64,000 bases of DNA from an uncultured Bacilli bacterium (GCA_934120015.1 CAKOTD010000001.1:64836-128835); one strand, 5' to 3'; shown: positions 33,027-43,439, counted from the stretch's first letter. The notes: generated by a model from the letters alone, not told the origin. Made by a program: numbers and translations.

Positions 33027-33560
33027 TTATACTCTTTCAATTTCTGTCAAAGGTAATTCAACAACAGTTTCTTGTCCAAATAAGTCTAACATAATTTCAA
33101 CTTTTTGATTAGCAACATCCATTGATTTAACCTTACCTATCATTGAAGCAAATGGTCCACTAATAACCTTAACAGAATCATCAGTATTTAAATCATTGCC
33201 GACTTCAATCCTTGAAATTCCCATATTTCCAAGTATTTTATCAACCTCTGATGGAGTTAATGGAAAAGGTTTTGCACCCTTACCAGAGGAACCAATAAAG
33301 CCTGTTACACCCGGAGTATTACGAACAATAAACCAAGCTTCATCACTCATTACCATTTCTACCAAAATATAACCTGGGAACATCTTTTTCATTTTTTCTT
33401 TAGTTTTTCCATCTTTAACTTCAATTTCCTTTTGTTCAGGAACAACTACTCTAAAAATATAATCTTCCATTCCCATAGAACTTGCACGCATTTCTAACTT
33501 TTCTTTTACCTTATTTTCATGTCCAGAATATGTATTAACAACATACCATTCTTTTTGCAT
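33027..33560 (-). CDS. nusG: Transcription termination/antitermination factor NusG
   Basis: NGN domain (WYVVNTYSGHENKV) and KOW motif (GPFASMIGKV). Confidence 0.95.
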   Translation of the reverse strand: MQKEWYVVNTYSGHENKVKEKLEMRASSMGMEDYIFRVVVPEQKEIEVKDGKTKEKMKKMFPGYILVEMVMSDEAWFIVRNTPGVTGFIGSSGKGAKPFPLTPSEVDKILGNMGISRIEVGNDLNTDDSVKVISGPFASMIGKVKSMDVANQKVEIMLDLFGQETVVELPLTEIERV

Positions 33561-33748
33561 TAGCCTATTAACACCTTAAGACCAGCTAATAATAAATCTG
33601 AAACTGTAAAAAATAAAGCAAAGAAAATTATAAAAGAAATTGTTGCAACTGAATAAATAGTCATATCTTTTTTATTTGGCCATTTTACTTTTTTTAGTTC
33701 TTTCTTTTCATCAACTAAAAATGATCTGAATTTACTCATTTTTTCCAC
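33560..33748 (-). CDS. secE: Preprotein translocase subunit SecE
   Basis: 62 aa with the VKWPNKKD motif and a single C-terminal TM segment. Its stop overlaps the nusG start by 1 nt. Confidence 0.85.
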   Translation of the reverse strand: MEKMSKFRSFLVDEKKELKKVKWPNKKDMTIYSVATISFIIFFALFFTVSDLLLAGLKVLIG

Positions 33749-33925
33749 CTACTTTTAATTATATGTATTTTTCCAAATAAAAAACACATTCGTGTTCTTT
33801 ATTAATATATCATTTTTAATTATGCTTTGTCAATATCTTATTTTTATTATCCACAGAATACATAGTTAAAATATCACTATCTTTCTCGGCTTCTTTATAT
33901 TTTGATTATACTACTATCACTAAAT

Positions 33926-34810
33926 TCATCTTCTGTACATTTCAATCGTTTTCATTAGTTTCTTTGCATCATCATTTTTGATAGTATCATTTGTAATATA
34001 CATTTGCTTCTCTTCAGAAGTAAAAATGTTAGGAAATATCTGATATAATTTACTAAATGTAATACTAATATTAAATTTCTTACTACTACAATATGTCATT
34101 AAGTCTTCATAATCCTTTATAAGGCATTTATAATTAGAGTTAGCAACATATAAATTTTCAGAATTACTAACTAATAAGTCGTTTTCTTCTTCCATTAATA
34201 TTGCTAATCTTTTAGAAAAAGTATCATAAAAAGACATAATTTGAGATTTAATTGATGGAAGCCCTATTATACTAGCCAAATCATTTTGGAATAAATACAT
34301 TTCTATATCTGTGCATTGTACTGGCCAACATTTTGCATCAATATATTTTTGAGTATAACAATTCCAGATTGTATTAATCATTAATATAGAATACATATTA
34401 CCGCAAGCTAGACTATTTTGTGAAACAACTTTATTTTCTATGTTAATTTGTCTTTTAGCAAATTTTTGAAGATAACTTTGAATTATAGCTCTAATTCTAA
34501 TTTTATCATCAGAAATCATATATGAAAACTGAGTATCCAAAACATCATTTTTTCCAAACTCATTAGTAGGCTTAATTACATTATCTACTACCTCTAAATG
34601 ATTGTTTTGATTGCAATAATCTAATATATAATCTGAATTATTATTTTCAAACGAACTATTTCTTACATATTTTTTATTGTGGTTGAAATAAGTAACAAAA
34701 TCAATTATTTCTTCTAACGAAGTAAAAATTTCATAACCAAGCTTAATTTTCTCAGCTAGATATATTATAATTAATTCATCAATTGTTAAACTTTTTCTAT
34801 TTTTTATCAT
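33926..34810 (-). CDS. Hypothetical cytoplasmic protein (no family recognised)
   Basis: I moved the start to MIKNRK after AAGGGGG, giving 294 aa with no TM segment. It appears to be its own transcription unit between the ABC-2 permease hairpin and the secE promoter. Confidence 0.55.
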   Translation of the reverse strand: MIKNRKSLTIDELIIIYLAEKIKLGYEIFTSLEEIIDFVTYFNHNKKYVRNSSFENNNSDYILDYCNQNNHLEVVDNVIKPTNEFGKNDVLDTQFSYMISDDKIRIRAIIQSYLQKFAKRQINIENKVVSQNSLACGNMYSILMINTIWNCYTQKYIDAKCWPVQCTDIEMYLFQNDLASIIGLPSIKSQIMSFYDTFSKRLAILMEEENDLLVSNSENLYVANSNYKCLIKDYEDLMTYCSSKKFNISITFSKLYQIFPNIFTSEEKQMYITNDTIKNDDAKKLMKTIEMYRR

Positions 34811-34881
34811 AAAAAAGCCCCCTTTGGTCAACTATAATATCACAAAACTTTATAATTTACCACTATTTTTTAAATAAAGCA

Positions 34882-36210
34882 CTAATTTCTTAGTGCTTTA
34901 AACATTTTCCTCCATAATCCTTTAGATGAATAATTCAAAATTCCAACTTTATAAATTCTTAAACCATATTTAATTAGCAACCAATTAGTAAATACCATTA
35001 TAATTAAAGATAAAACAATATCTATAACACTAATTTGTCCAAGCACCAAAAGTGATGGTGATAAGATTGCTGATATAAATGGTACATATGATAAAATTCT
35101 AATAAATAATGCTCCTTTAAAAACTCCAGCCATTGTTGCAAGGTAATAACCTATCAAAGATATAATCATAATTGGTGTTTGAATCTGTTGAAAATCTTCT
35201 GTATTTGTTGTCATAGAAGCAAGCACACCTGCAAGAATTGAATATGCAACAAAGGTAATTAACATAAGTAGTAATGTTAAAGGAATGATATAAATTAATT
35301 TATCACCAATACCACTACTCATAATACCATTTATTATCTTGCCTATTTCACTTCCAACACCATTTACAATATTACTTCCGCCGATTATATTTCTAATTAA
35401 AAAGCCTATTATCCCAAATGTAATTAATAATGCCCCTTGAAAAATAACAAATATATTTCCAGCAAAAACCTTTGCAAAGAAATGAGTCTTTGGTGATACA
35501 TTGGAAATAATTATTTCCATTCCTCTAGTTGTCTTTTCATCATTAACCTCTGCCCCTATCATCTGAACAAGGAAAATTGTCAACATAAAAAATGGAAGAA
35601 TTATTACAGGGAAAACAGTTGTCATAATCATTTGCATGCTCTCATCTTCTGTTTTTTGTGTTTCATTTAGTATTTCTCTTTCGATATCTATATTTTCATA
35701 TATTTTGTTAATCTGCTCCACTGGAATATTGGATTCATAAATTGCTAAACTTACCTTAGTATTATTAATTGCTGTTAAAAACTTTTGGTAATCTATTGTA
35801 TCAATAAAACCTTCAGATATAATTTTAGCACTCATAACTTTATCATCATCTTTGTTTAAAACAACAACAATATTATCCTTATTTTCATCAATTAACTTTT
35901 TAGCTTCTTCCTCACTCTTATTATAACTTTCAATCACATAAGAACTTTCATCGGATTCAGCAATAGTTGAATCAAGATTTTCTAACTGACTTTTAAATAT
36001 ATCAAAACCAATTTCTGTATTATCAATTACATAAACATTTTGTTTTTTATTAAAATCACCACCAAAAAATGTAATAATACTATCTATATTGATAATACCA
36101 ACAATAGCTATTGCAAGTATTATATTAACAATCATAAACCATTTTGTTTTGATTTTTCTTTTTAGACTAACACCTATCAAGTAATTTAATTTACTACTCA
36201 TATTTTTCAC
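34882..36210 (-). CDS. ABC-2 type (NatB-like) transporter permease
   Basis: 442 aa. After TM1 comes a large extracytoplasmic domain, then five or six C-terminal TM segments. It overlaps the upstream ATPase gene. Confidence 0.75.
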   Translation of the reverse strand: MKNMSSKLNYLIGVSLKRKIKTKWFMIVNIILAIAIVGIINIDSIITFFGGDFNKKQNVYVIDNTEIGFDIFKSQLENLDSTIAESDESSYVIESYNKSEEEAKKLIDENKDNIVVVLNKDDDKVMSAKIISEGFIDTIDYQKFLTAINNTKVSLAIYESNIPVEQINKIYENIDIEREILNETQKTEDESMQMIMTTVFPVIILPFFMLTIFLVQMIGAEVNDEKTTRGMEIIISNVSPKTHFFAKVFAGNIFVIFQGALLITFGIIGFLIRNIIGGSNIVNGVGSEIGKIINGIMSSGIGDKLIYIIPLTLLLMLITFVAYSILAGVLASMTTNTEDFQQIQTPIMIISLIGYYLATMAGVFKGALFIRILSYVPFISAILSPSLLVLGQISVIDIVLSLIIMVFTNWLLIKYGLRIYKVGILNYSSKGLWRKMFKALRN

Positions 36211-37090
36211 CTACTTTTGCAATAAAAATTTCATTTAAAGATGGCTCTTCGATAACAAATTTAGTAATATTTTTAAATTGACTAATAACAGAAAATACCT
36301 TTTCGGCAATACTTAAATCAGCTATTTTAATTTCATATTCATCAGACTTTTCTAAAACTGATATAACGCCTTCTATTTTTTGTATCTTATTAATATCGAT
36401 ATCACCTTTTACTAGAATATTCTTCTTACGATATTTTTCTTTTATATCTGCTAAATAACCAGATATAACTGTCTTACCTTTTAACATAATCAATAATTTC
36501 TTACAAAATAATTCTACATGTTCCATTCTATGTGATGAAAAAATAATCATACTTCCTTTATTTGAAAGTTCAATAATCACTTGTTTAAATAACTCTACAT
36601 TAATAGGATCAAGACCTGAAAATGGTTCATCTAAAATAAGCAACTTTGGATCATTTAAAATGGCTGTAATGAATTGAATCTTTTGCTGATTACCCTTAGA
36701 TAACTCTTTAATTTTTTTATCTTTATATTCAGTAATATTAAATCTAATAAGAAGTTTATCTAATTTATCTAATATCTCATCATTACTCATTCCCTTTAAT
36801 CTTCCATAAAATAAACACTGCTCTTTCACAGTCATTTTAGTAAGAAGACTTCTTTCTTCCGTCAAAAAACCTATTTTATCAGTAACACTATAATCTATTT
36901 TTTTGCCATCAAGAGTTATCTCACCTTCTGTTGCATCAATTAATCCCATAATCATACGAAATGTAGTTGTTTTTCCTGCACCATTTACTCCAAGAAGTCC
37001 AAAAATCTCTCCCGGCTTTACTTCAAAAGATAAATTATCAACTGCAAGAAAATCACCATAATATTTTGTAACATTTTTTACCTTTAGCAT
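36194..37090 (-). CDS. ABC transporter ATP-binding protein (NatA-like)
   Basis: I moved the start to MLKVKNV after AGGAGG. Walker A GVNGAGKTT, signature LSKGNQQK, Walker B LLILDEP. Confidence 0.9.
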   Translation of the reverse strand: MLKVKNVTKYYGDFLAVDNLSFEVKPGEIFGLLGVNGAGKTTTFRMIMGLIDATEGEITLDGKKIDYSVTDKIGFLTEERSLLTKMTVKEQCLFYGRLKGMSNDEILDKLDKLLIRFNITEYKDKKIKELSKGNQQKIQFITAILNDPKLLILDEPFSGLDPINVELFKQVIIELSNKGSMIIFSSHRMEHVELFCKKLLIMLKGKTVISGYLADIKEKYRKKNILVKGDIDINKIQKIEGVISVLEKSDEYEIKIADLSIAEKVFSVISQFKNITKFVIEEPSLNEIFIAKVGEKYE

Positions 37091-37160
37091 ATATATCCTC
37101 CTCATACAACATTATACTATTTTTCTATTAAGAAAAAAAGATAATCATGACAATTATCTT

Positions 37161-39470
37161 CTAAAGTTCAAACTGAGAATTATATAATTCTGCATAAAAT
37201 CCATTTTTTTCAATTAATTGTTCATGATTACCTTGTTCAATAATATTACCATTTTTCATAACAAGTATTAAATCAGCATTTTTAATTGTAGATAATCTAT
37301 GAGCAATAATAAATGAAGTTTTTCCCTCTGTTAATTTATCCATTGCTTTTTGGACAAGCTCCTCAGTTCTAGTATCTACATTACTTGTTGCTTCATCAAG
37401 AATTAAAAATGGAGAGTCTTCAATCATACCCCTAGCAATAGTAAGTAATTGTCTTTGACCGGCAGAGATGTTATCATTATCAGATAAATATGAATTATAA
37501 CCATTTGGAAGCGTCCTAATAAAATGGTCAAGTCCAACAACTTTACAAACTTCTTCTACTTTATCAAGCTCTATTCCATGACGATTATAAATAATATTTT
37601 CCTTAATAGTTCCATTAAAAAGCCATGTATCTTGAAGAACCATTGTAAATAATGAATGTATATTTTCACGAGATAAATCCTTTGTTGAAATTCCATCAAT
37701 TTTTATATCACCAGAATTTATTTCATAAAATTTCATAAGTAAATTTACAATTGTTGTTTTACCTGCTCCAGTAGGACCAACTATTGCTATTTTCTGACCA
37801 GCAAAAGCTTTAGCACTAAAATTATTTATAGTAGGCAACTCATTTCCATCATATGTAAATGTTACATTCTCAAATTCAATATTTCCTTTAACTTTATTCT
37901 TATCCAAAACTTTTTTAATTTTCTTTTGACTCTTCATCTCTTCTTCATCCATAAATTCAAAAACTCTCTCACTTGCAGCAGCTGTAGATTGAAGTGATGT
38001 TAACCCCTGAGCAATTTGTGATAGTGGTGATATAAATAACCTGACATAGGTAATGAATGCAACAATTACACCAAAACTTATTTTATTATTTATAACAAGC
38101 AATGCTCCAACTATACAAACAGCAACATAGCCAAAATTACCAATAAAATTCATCATAGGCATCATTAATCCTGATAAAAACTGGCTTTTTCTATTTGCAT
38201 CATAAACCCTATTATTATACTTATCAAACTCAGCATCTGATTCTTTTTTTCCATTATATACTTTTACAACATTTAATCCTGAATATATTTCTTCAATATG
38301 ACCATTTAGGTTCCCAAGTTCTTCTTGTTTGGCCGTAAAATACTTCTGAGACTTTCCTAAAATGCTTCCCATAAACATAAATCCAAATAAGCTTGAGAAA
38401 ATAGCTGTTATTGCCATAATCCAATTTGTATAAAACATCATTATAATAGAACCAATAAATAAAGTAAAAGCACTTACCAAAGTTGAAAGAGAATTATTCA
38501 TGGATTGAGCAATTAAATCAACATCATTAGTAACCCTTGAAAGCAAATCACCAGTTGCATGATTATCAAAATATTTAAGTGGTAGCCTATTGATTTTTTT
38601 TGATATACTCTCTCTTAAAAATTTTGCAAATTTATTAGACACATTAGTCATAAGTAATGATTCAATATAATTAAATAATGCACTACAGATATAAAGTGTA
38701 GCTAGAAATAATGCTAGTGATTTTATCTTATCTATATCCATAAATGGTTTCAGAACATTCTTTATATCATCAGGCATTTTATCAATTTTAGAATATAGTG
38801 CTTGTGAATCATTTTGAGAAGAGTTTTCACTCATTAACTTTATAAATTCTAATTGATCATGTGATGATATATTCTTACCATCAATATTTAAATCACTAAA
38901 AATAATTGATGTAATACTTTCAGGATAATTTAAAGTGTTATCTTTAATACAACTTAAAAATTGAAACTTATCATTTGTGGAAACTATAACCTCATCATAC
39001 ATTGTGCTAGGTAAAACATAATCAAGAATTTTATCAGATAAATTAGTCAATAGAATGAGTGAATTATTTTCTTTTATATCCTTTAAAACTTCATAAAAGG
39101 TTTCCTTCTCATCATTTGAAATATCATTATCATTTTCTATTTTAGAAATAGTATTTTCACTCAAATCTATCTCTAAAATTGAAGGAATTAAAGTATTCAT
39201 TCTTTCTTCAGATATACTTTCAGAAGTTTTTTCACTGAGTTTTTTCATATTTTCTTTGTTTACAACTAATCCCTCGGATATAGTATTAGTTAAATCAGAT
39301 AGCTTATCTGGAGCAAATATTGATAAAATTGAGCCAAGAGAAGCAAGTATTAGTGAAATAAATATTAAAATTTTAAAACCACTTAGTTCTTTAAATAAAC
39401 GAGCTATAGCTCCTTTGAAATCTTTTGCTTTTTCATTTCCTCTTCTAGGAGGTCTATTTCCATTATGCAT
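37161..39470 (-). CDS. ABC exporter, fused permease/ATPase subunit with large insert after TM1
   Basis: 769 aa. Walker A GPTGAGKTT, signature ISAGQRQL, Walker B FLILDEA. About 190 extra residues sit between the first and second TM segments. Confidence 0.9.
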   Translation of the reverse strand: MHNGNRPPRRGNEKAKDFKGAIARLFKELSGFKILIFISLILASLGSILSIFAPDKLSDLTNTISEGLVVNKENMKKLSEKTSESISEERMNTLIPSILEIDLSENTISKIENDNDISNDEKETFYEVLKDIKENNSLILLTNLSDKILDYVLPSTMYDEVIVSTNDKFQFLSCIKDNTLNYPESITSIIFSDLNIDGKNISSHDQLEFIKLMSENSSQNDSQALYSKIDKMPDDIKNVLKPFMDIDKIKSLALFLATLYICSALFNYIESLLMTNVSNKFAKFLRESISKKINRLPLKYFDNHATGDLLSRVTNDVDLIAQSMNNSLSTLVSAFTLFIGSIIMMFYTNWIMAITAIFSSLFGFMFMGSILGKSQKYFTAKQEELGNLNGHIEEIYSGLNVVKVYNGKKESDAEFDKYNNRVYDANRKSQFLSGLMMPMMNFIGNFGYVAVCIVGALLVINNKISFGVIVAFITYVRLFISPLSQIAQGLTSLQSTAAASERVFEFMDEEEMKSQKKIKKVLDKNKVKGNIEFENVTFTYDGNELPTINNFSAKAFAGQKIAIVGPTGAGKTTIVNLLMKFYEINSGDIKIDGISTKDLSRENIHSLFTMVLQDTWLFNGTIKENIIYNRHGIELDKVEEVCKVVGLDHFIRTLPNGYNSYLSDNDNISAGQRQLLTIARGMIEDSPFLILDEATSNVDTRTEELVQKAMDKLTEGKTSFIIAHRLSTIKNADLILVMKNGNIIEQGNHEQLIEKNGFYAELYNSQFEL

Positions 39471-41223
39471 TTTCTAATTCCTCCTTTGATAATTGAGACA
39501 AAGCTATTTGTTTGTACACATCACATGTTTTTAACAACTCCTTATGAGTACCCATACCAACACATTTTCCATTATCTAAAACTATTATTTTATCCGCATT
39601 CATGATAGTCCCAATTCTTTGGGCAACTATCAAGTTAGTAGCATCTTTTGTATATTTTTTTAATTCATGTCTTAAAACAGAATCTGTTTTATAATCAAGG
39701 GCCGAAAATGAATCATCAAATATGTATATTTCAGGATCCCTAGCAATTGCTCTAGCAATAGATAACCTCTGTTTTTGTCCTCCAGACACATTTGTTCCAC
39801 CCTGAGCAATATGAGTATCATATTTATCATCCATAGCTTCCACAAAATCCTTTGCTTGAGCTACTTTAATAGCTTCTTTTATCTTGCTGCTATTTGGTTT
39901 CTTATTATATGTTTCACCAAATGAAACATTAGAATTAACCGTTCCATCAAACATAACTGGTTTTTGAGAAACATATCCTATCTTGCTATATAGATATTCT
40001 AATTTATATTTCTTAACATCAATACCATCAATTAAAACTATACCATCAGTTGCATCATAAAATCTAGGAACTAAATTAATAAGTGTTGACTTCCCGCTTC
40101 CTGTAGATCCAATAAATGCTACCGTTTCACCTTTGTTAGCTTTAAAAGAAATATTTTCAAGTAAATATTCTTCGGCATCAGGATATTTAAAAGATACATT
40201 TTTAAATTCAACAGTTCCTATTTCTTTTGTTTTTCCGTCAAATGTGCCATCTTTAATATTTATGTCTTCATCAAGTACTTCATTTATACGACTGGCAGAA
40301 ACACTAGCACGTGGTAACATCATAAATATCATAGCAAGCATTAAAAATGACATTATTACTTGCATTGCATAAGAAGAAAATACAACCATATCACCAAAAA
40401 TAGTTATTTTTTCCACCATAAGAGAATTCATTATTAAATAGGCTCCAATGAAATAAATAAAAAGTGTTAAAAAATTCATAACCATATACATTACTGGTGA
40501 CATTATAGCAAATGCCCTTTGATTAAATAATTGCTGATTAGTAAGTTTTGTATTTACACTATCGAATTTATCTTCCTGATATTCTTCAGCATTAAAAGCT
40601 CTAATAACTCTTATTCCATTTAAACTCTCACGAGTTACATCGTTAAGTTTATCAGTTAATTTTTGAACAATTTTAAATTTTGGTATAACTATTATTGTTA
40701 AACAGATAATAACCGAAAGCAATATTACAACTGAAACAGCAGTTACTGCACTCCACTGCCAACTTTTATTAAGTATTTTAGTAATTGCCCATATAGCAGT
40801 TATTGGAGCTTTAATAAGTAGTTGAAAACCCATTCCAATTAGCATTTCAACCTGTGTAATATCATTGGTAGTTCTTGTAATTAAACTGCTAGTAGAAAAT
40901 TTCTTTACTTCTGCCATAGATAAATTTTCTACCTTATCAAAAACTTTCTTTCTTGTTCTAAGTGAAAAACTTGAAGACATATAAGAAATAAAATAACCAA
41001 CAAATACTGCCGAAATTAAGCTACATAAAGCACATATAAGCATATATATACCATTTTCAATGATTGGTCCCATCTTCGTACCTTCGGTCTGTACTAAGAC
41101 GGTTATTTTTGACATATAATCTGGCATTTTTAATTCAAGCCATACTTGAATAAATATCAAGAATATACTAATTAATAAAAATAGCCATTCTTTTTTAGAA
41201 AAATTTCTTAATAACTTTAACAT
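39463..41223 (-). CDS. ABC exporter, fused permease/ATPase subunit (heterodimer partner)
   Basis: 586 aa. Walker A GSTGSGKST, signature VSGGQKQR, Walker B IYIFDDS. An 8-nt overlap with the downstream partner gene suggests a heterodimeric exporter. Confidence 0.9.
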   Translation of the reverse strand: MLKLLRNFSKKEWLFLLISIFLIFIQVWLELKMPDYMSKITVLVQTEGTKMGPIIENGIYMLICALCSLISAVFVGYFISYMSSSFSLRTRKKVFDKVENLSMAEVKKFSTSSLITRTTNDITQVEMLIGMGFQLLIKAPITAIWAITKILNKSWQWSAVTAVSVVILLSVIICLTIIVIPKFKIVQKLTDKLNDVTRESLNGIRVIRAFNAEEYQEDKFDSVNTKLTNQQLFNQRAFAIMSPVMYMVMNFLTLFIYFIGAYLIMNSLMVEKITIFGDMVVFSSYAMQVIMSFLMLAMIFMMLPRASVSASRINEVLDEDINIKDGTFDGKTKEIGTVEFKNVSFKYPDAEEYLLENISFKANKGETVAFIGSTGSGKSTLINLVPRFYDATDGIVLIDGIDVKKYKLEYLYSKIGYVSQKPVMFDGTVNSNVSFGETYNKKPNSSKIKEAIKVAQAKDFVEAMDDKYDTHIAQGGTNVSGGQKQRLSIARAIARDPEIYIFDDSFSALDYKTDSVLRHELKKYTKDATNLIVAQRIGTIMNADKIIVLDNGKCVGMGTHKELLKTCDVYKQIALSQLSKEELENA

Positions 41224-41610
41224 ATATTCACCCTTTCAAATATTCATTTTAAATATCATACTTATTAATTTTATTATCTTAAAAATAAAATGTCAATAAA
41301 TTAAGTAAATAAACACAATATTACACATTTATGTATATGTATTTAATAATTATACTAACAGCTAATGAATTCTCACCTACATCTAATAATACTTGATTGT
41401 TATTTATAACATTACTTTTTATTATTTAAATTAAATATTATACTTTCATGCATAACTTTACACTTTAATTATCTTATCTACATAGTATATCTTTTAATTT
41501 AATAAATTATCAAAGCAAAATATTTCTAGCTAAAATTTATTAATTCATCAATCATATTTATAAGATTTAATCATAGTATTTAATGTACAGAAAGGAATGA
41601 TTTAATATAT

Positions 41611-41871
41611 ATGGAAACACTTAAAGTTTCGTCAAAGTCTAATCCAAATAGTGTTGCTGGAGCACTTGCAAATGTTTTTAGAGAAAAAGGAAGCGTAGAA
41701 ATTCAAGCCATTGGAGCTGGTGCACTTAATCAAGCAATTAAAGCAATTGCCATTGCAAGAGGATTTGTTGCACCAAGTGGTAAAAATTTAGTATGTATAC
41801 CTGCATTTACTGATATAACTATAGATGGTGAAGAAAGAACTGCCATCAAATTAATTGTAGAGGCTAAATAG
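41611..41871 (+). CDS. spoVS: Stage V sporulation protein S
   Basis: 86 aa, near-collinear with SpoVS as I recall it (LKVSSKSNPNSVAGALA...IQAIGAGALNQAIKAIAIARGF...EERTAIKLIVE). Confidence 0.9.
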   Translation: METLKVSSKSNPNSVAGALANVFREKGSVEIQAIGAGALNQAIKAIAIARGFVAPSGKNLVCIPAFTDITIDGEERTAIKLIVEAK

Positions 41872-41922
41872 TCTCTTTTTTTTTTAATAAATATGTGTTA
41901 GAATTATACTGGAGGAATTAAT

Positions 41923-42297
41923 ATGAACGAAAAAAATCAAAATAATGGAATTTACTTTTTAATTGGAATTATTTTAACATCCGTTGGATTATTTTTACTA
42001 ACTCAACAAACCGTAGTCACAATGAATTGGTATCACTGGGCATTTGGCTCATTTAAACTAGCATCTGGATTAATACTTGTACCATTTATAATTGGAGTTA
42101 TTGTTATGTTTTTTAATCCAAAATCATTAATAGGCAAAATAGTAACAATCATTGGCATTGTTATTATAATTGCAACCATAATAATGAGTATTGATATTGC
42201 ATTTAAACAAACATCATTATATAATTTTATTATTATGATAGGCATGATTGCTGCTGGATCAGGATTACTTCTTAGATGGTATTTTAAAAGGAAATAG
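41923..42297 (+). CDS. Small polytopic membrane protein
   Basis: 124 aa with four hydrophobic segments. RBS GGAGG. No family recognised. Confidence 0.55.
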   Translation: MNEKNQNNGIYFLIGIILTSVGLFLLTQQTVVTMNWYHWAFGSFKLASGLILVPFIIGVIVMFFNPKSLIGKIVTIIGIVIIIATIIMSIDIAFKQTSLYNFIIMIGMIAAGSGLLLRWYFKRK

Positions 42298-42310
42298 ACT
42301 CTATTTCCTT

Positions 42311-42589
42311 TTATTTATACCTAAATATTCTATTACTCCTATCTTTTAACATTTGTTCAAAATTTGGTAATCCATATTCCTTATTATAGTAATCATTAAA
42401 TTCATTTAAATGTGCAAGAGCTATTTTTGCAGTCATTTCTAAATCATCATTTGTTACATTAGTATCTTTATTAATTTTACCATGCTCAAGTTCAATATTC
42501 ATTCCAGTAAGTAAATCTTCTTTAGAAAATTTATCAAAAGTTATATCAAGTTTACTTGCAACTTTTAATACATCATTCATATCAAACAT
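42311..42589 (-). CDS. DUF5661-like small protein
   Basis: Likely start is ATG 42589 after GGTGA. Motifs GMNIELEHGK, TNVTNDD and KIALAHLNEFNDYY match my recollection of DUF5661. Confidence 0.55.
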   Translation of the reverse strand: MFDMNDVLKVASKLDITFDKFSKEDLLTGMNIELEHGKINKDTNVTNDDLEMTAKIALAHLNEFNDYYNKEYGLPNFEQMLKDRSNRIFRYK

Positions 42590-42613
42590 ACTCATCACCA
42601 AAATATTATATAC

Positions 42614-43417
42614 CTATTTTACTTTTTTGATTCCATCCACATTTATATTCGTATTATCTAATCTAAATAAATCATCTAAATCATAAACACTATATACTTC
42701 ATCCAAATTATCATATCTATTGTCATCCACTTGTAAAAAATCATTTTCGATGTTTTGATTAGTTGTTTTATAATAATCATTTTCCAAAAAAATTATACCT
42801 GAATACAATTTTCTAAACACTAAATATCTTCTAAACTCTTTTTTTATTTTTCTAAACAACTCAAACTTGTCATTTTGATCATCACTATTTGAAAAATCAC
42901 ATTTTCGATAACTAAATACATTTTCAAAAACATAATCACTTATGTAACCTTTTTGCCTTAAAAAACTAAGTTGTTGATTTGTAATTTTTGTCAGCAACTT
43001 ATTAATGATACTATTAAATAAATCTAAATCGCTATTTACATTATTTTCATTCACACTATTAATTATACTAGAAAAATTATAATTACTATTTCTTAATATT
43101 AAATCTAGTTTTCTATAATTATTATTATATTTATAATTAATATTAAGTTTTGTTTCTACTCCTAAATTAAATTTTTCCAATATTTCCGGAATACTACTGA
43201 AATTATCATATATAAATTTATCTAGTTTTGTTATTTTCTCTTTTGACAATAAAATATTTGTAACTCCATTAATATCGGTTGCTACTAAATAATATTTTGG
43301 CATATAATCACTACTCTCTATTAAAACACAAAATATTCCCCTTTTATCATCTAACAAGATTATATCAGTTATTACAAATAAAGTAAATAAAAAGCAACAT
43401 CTGATTATATCAAACAT
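42614..43417 (-). CDS. Hypothetical N/D/Y-rich protein
   Basis: 267-aa ORF directly downstream of topA. The start is uncertain (alternative MPKYYLV at 43303). No family recognised. Confidence 0.45.
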   Translation of the reverse strand: MFDIIRCCFLFTLFVITDIILLDDKRGIFCVLIESSDYMPKYYLVATDINGVTNILLSKEKITKLDKFIYDNFSSIPEILEKFNLGVETKLNINYKYNNNYRKLDLILRNSNYNFSSIINSVNENNVNSDLDLFNSIINKLLTKITNQQLSFLRQKGYISDYVFENVFSYRKCDFSNSDDQNDKFELFRKIKKEFRRYLVFRKLYSGIIFLENDYYKTTNQNIENDFLQVDDNRYDNLDEVYSVYDLDDLFRLDNTNINVDGIKKVK

Positions 43418-43439
43418 TGCCTAAATCAATATAAATATA

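Noticed and set aside
33749-33925. Looked for rpmG (L33) or a tRNA upstream of secE, as in Bacillus.
   Set aside because: No ORF of about 49 aa and no tRNA-like structure is present. I found only a promoter-like TTGACA / TG-n-TATATT and a weak 5-bp hairpin.
34871-34899. Perfect 10-bp hairpin AAAGCACTAA / TTAGTGCTTT at the end of the ABC-2 permease gene, considered as a terminator.
   Set aside because: On the transcribed (minus) strand it is followed by ATTTAAAAAA rather than a T-run. It is therefore not listed as a confident intrinsic terminator, though it may still act as an RNA-stability element.
41224-41610. 387-bp AT-rich non-coding gap upstream of spoVS, examined for an sRNA, riboswitch or small ORFs.
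   Set aside because: I found no conserved-looking helices, no terminator and no ORF longer than about 14 codons with an RBS. It is probably just a long promoter or regulatory region, which cannot be resolved by eye.
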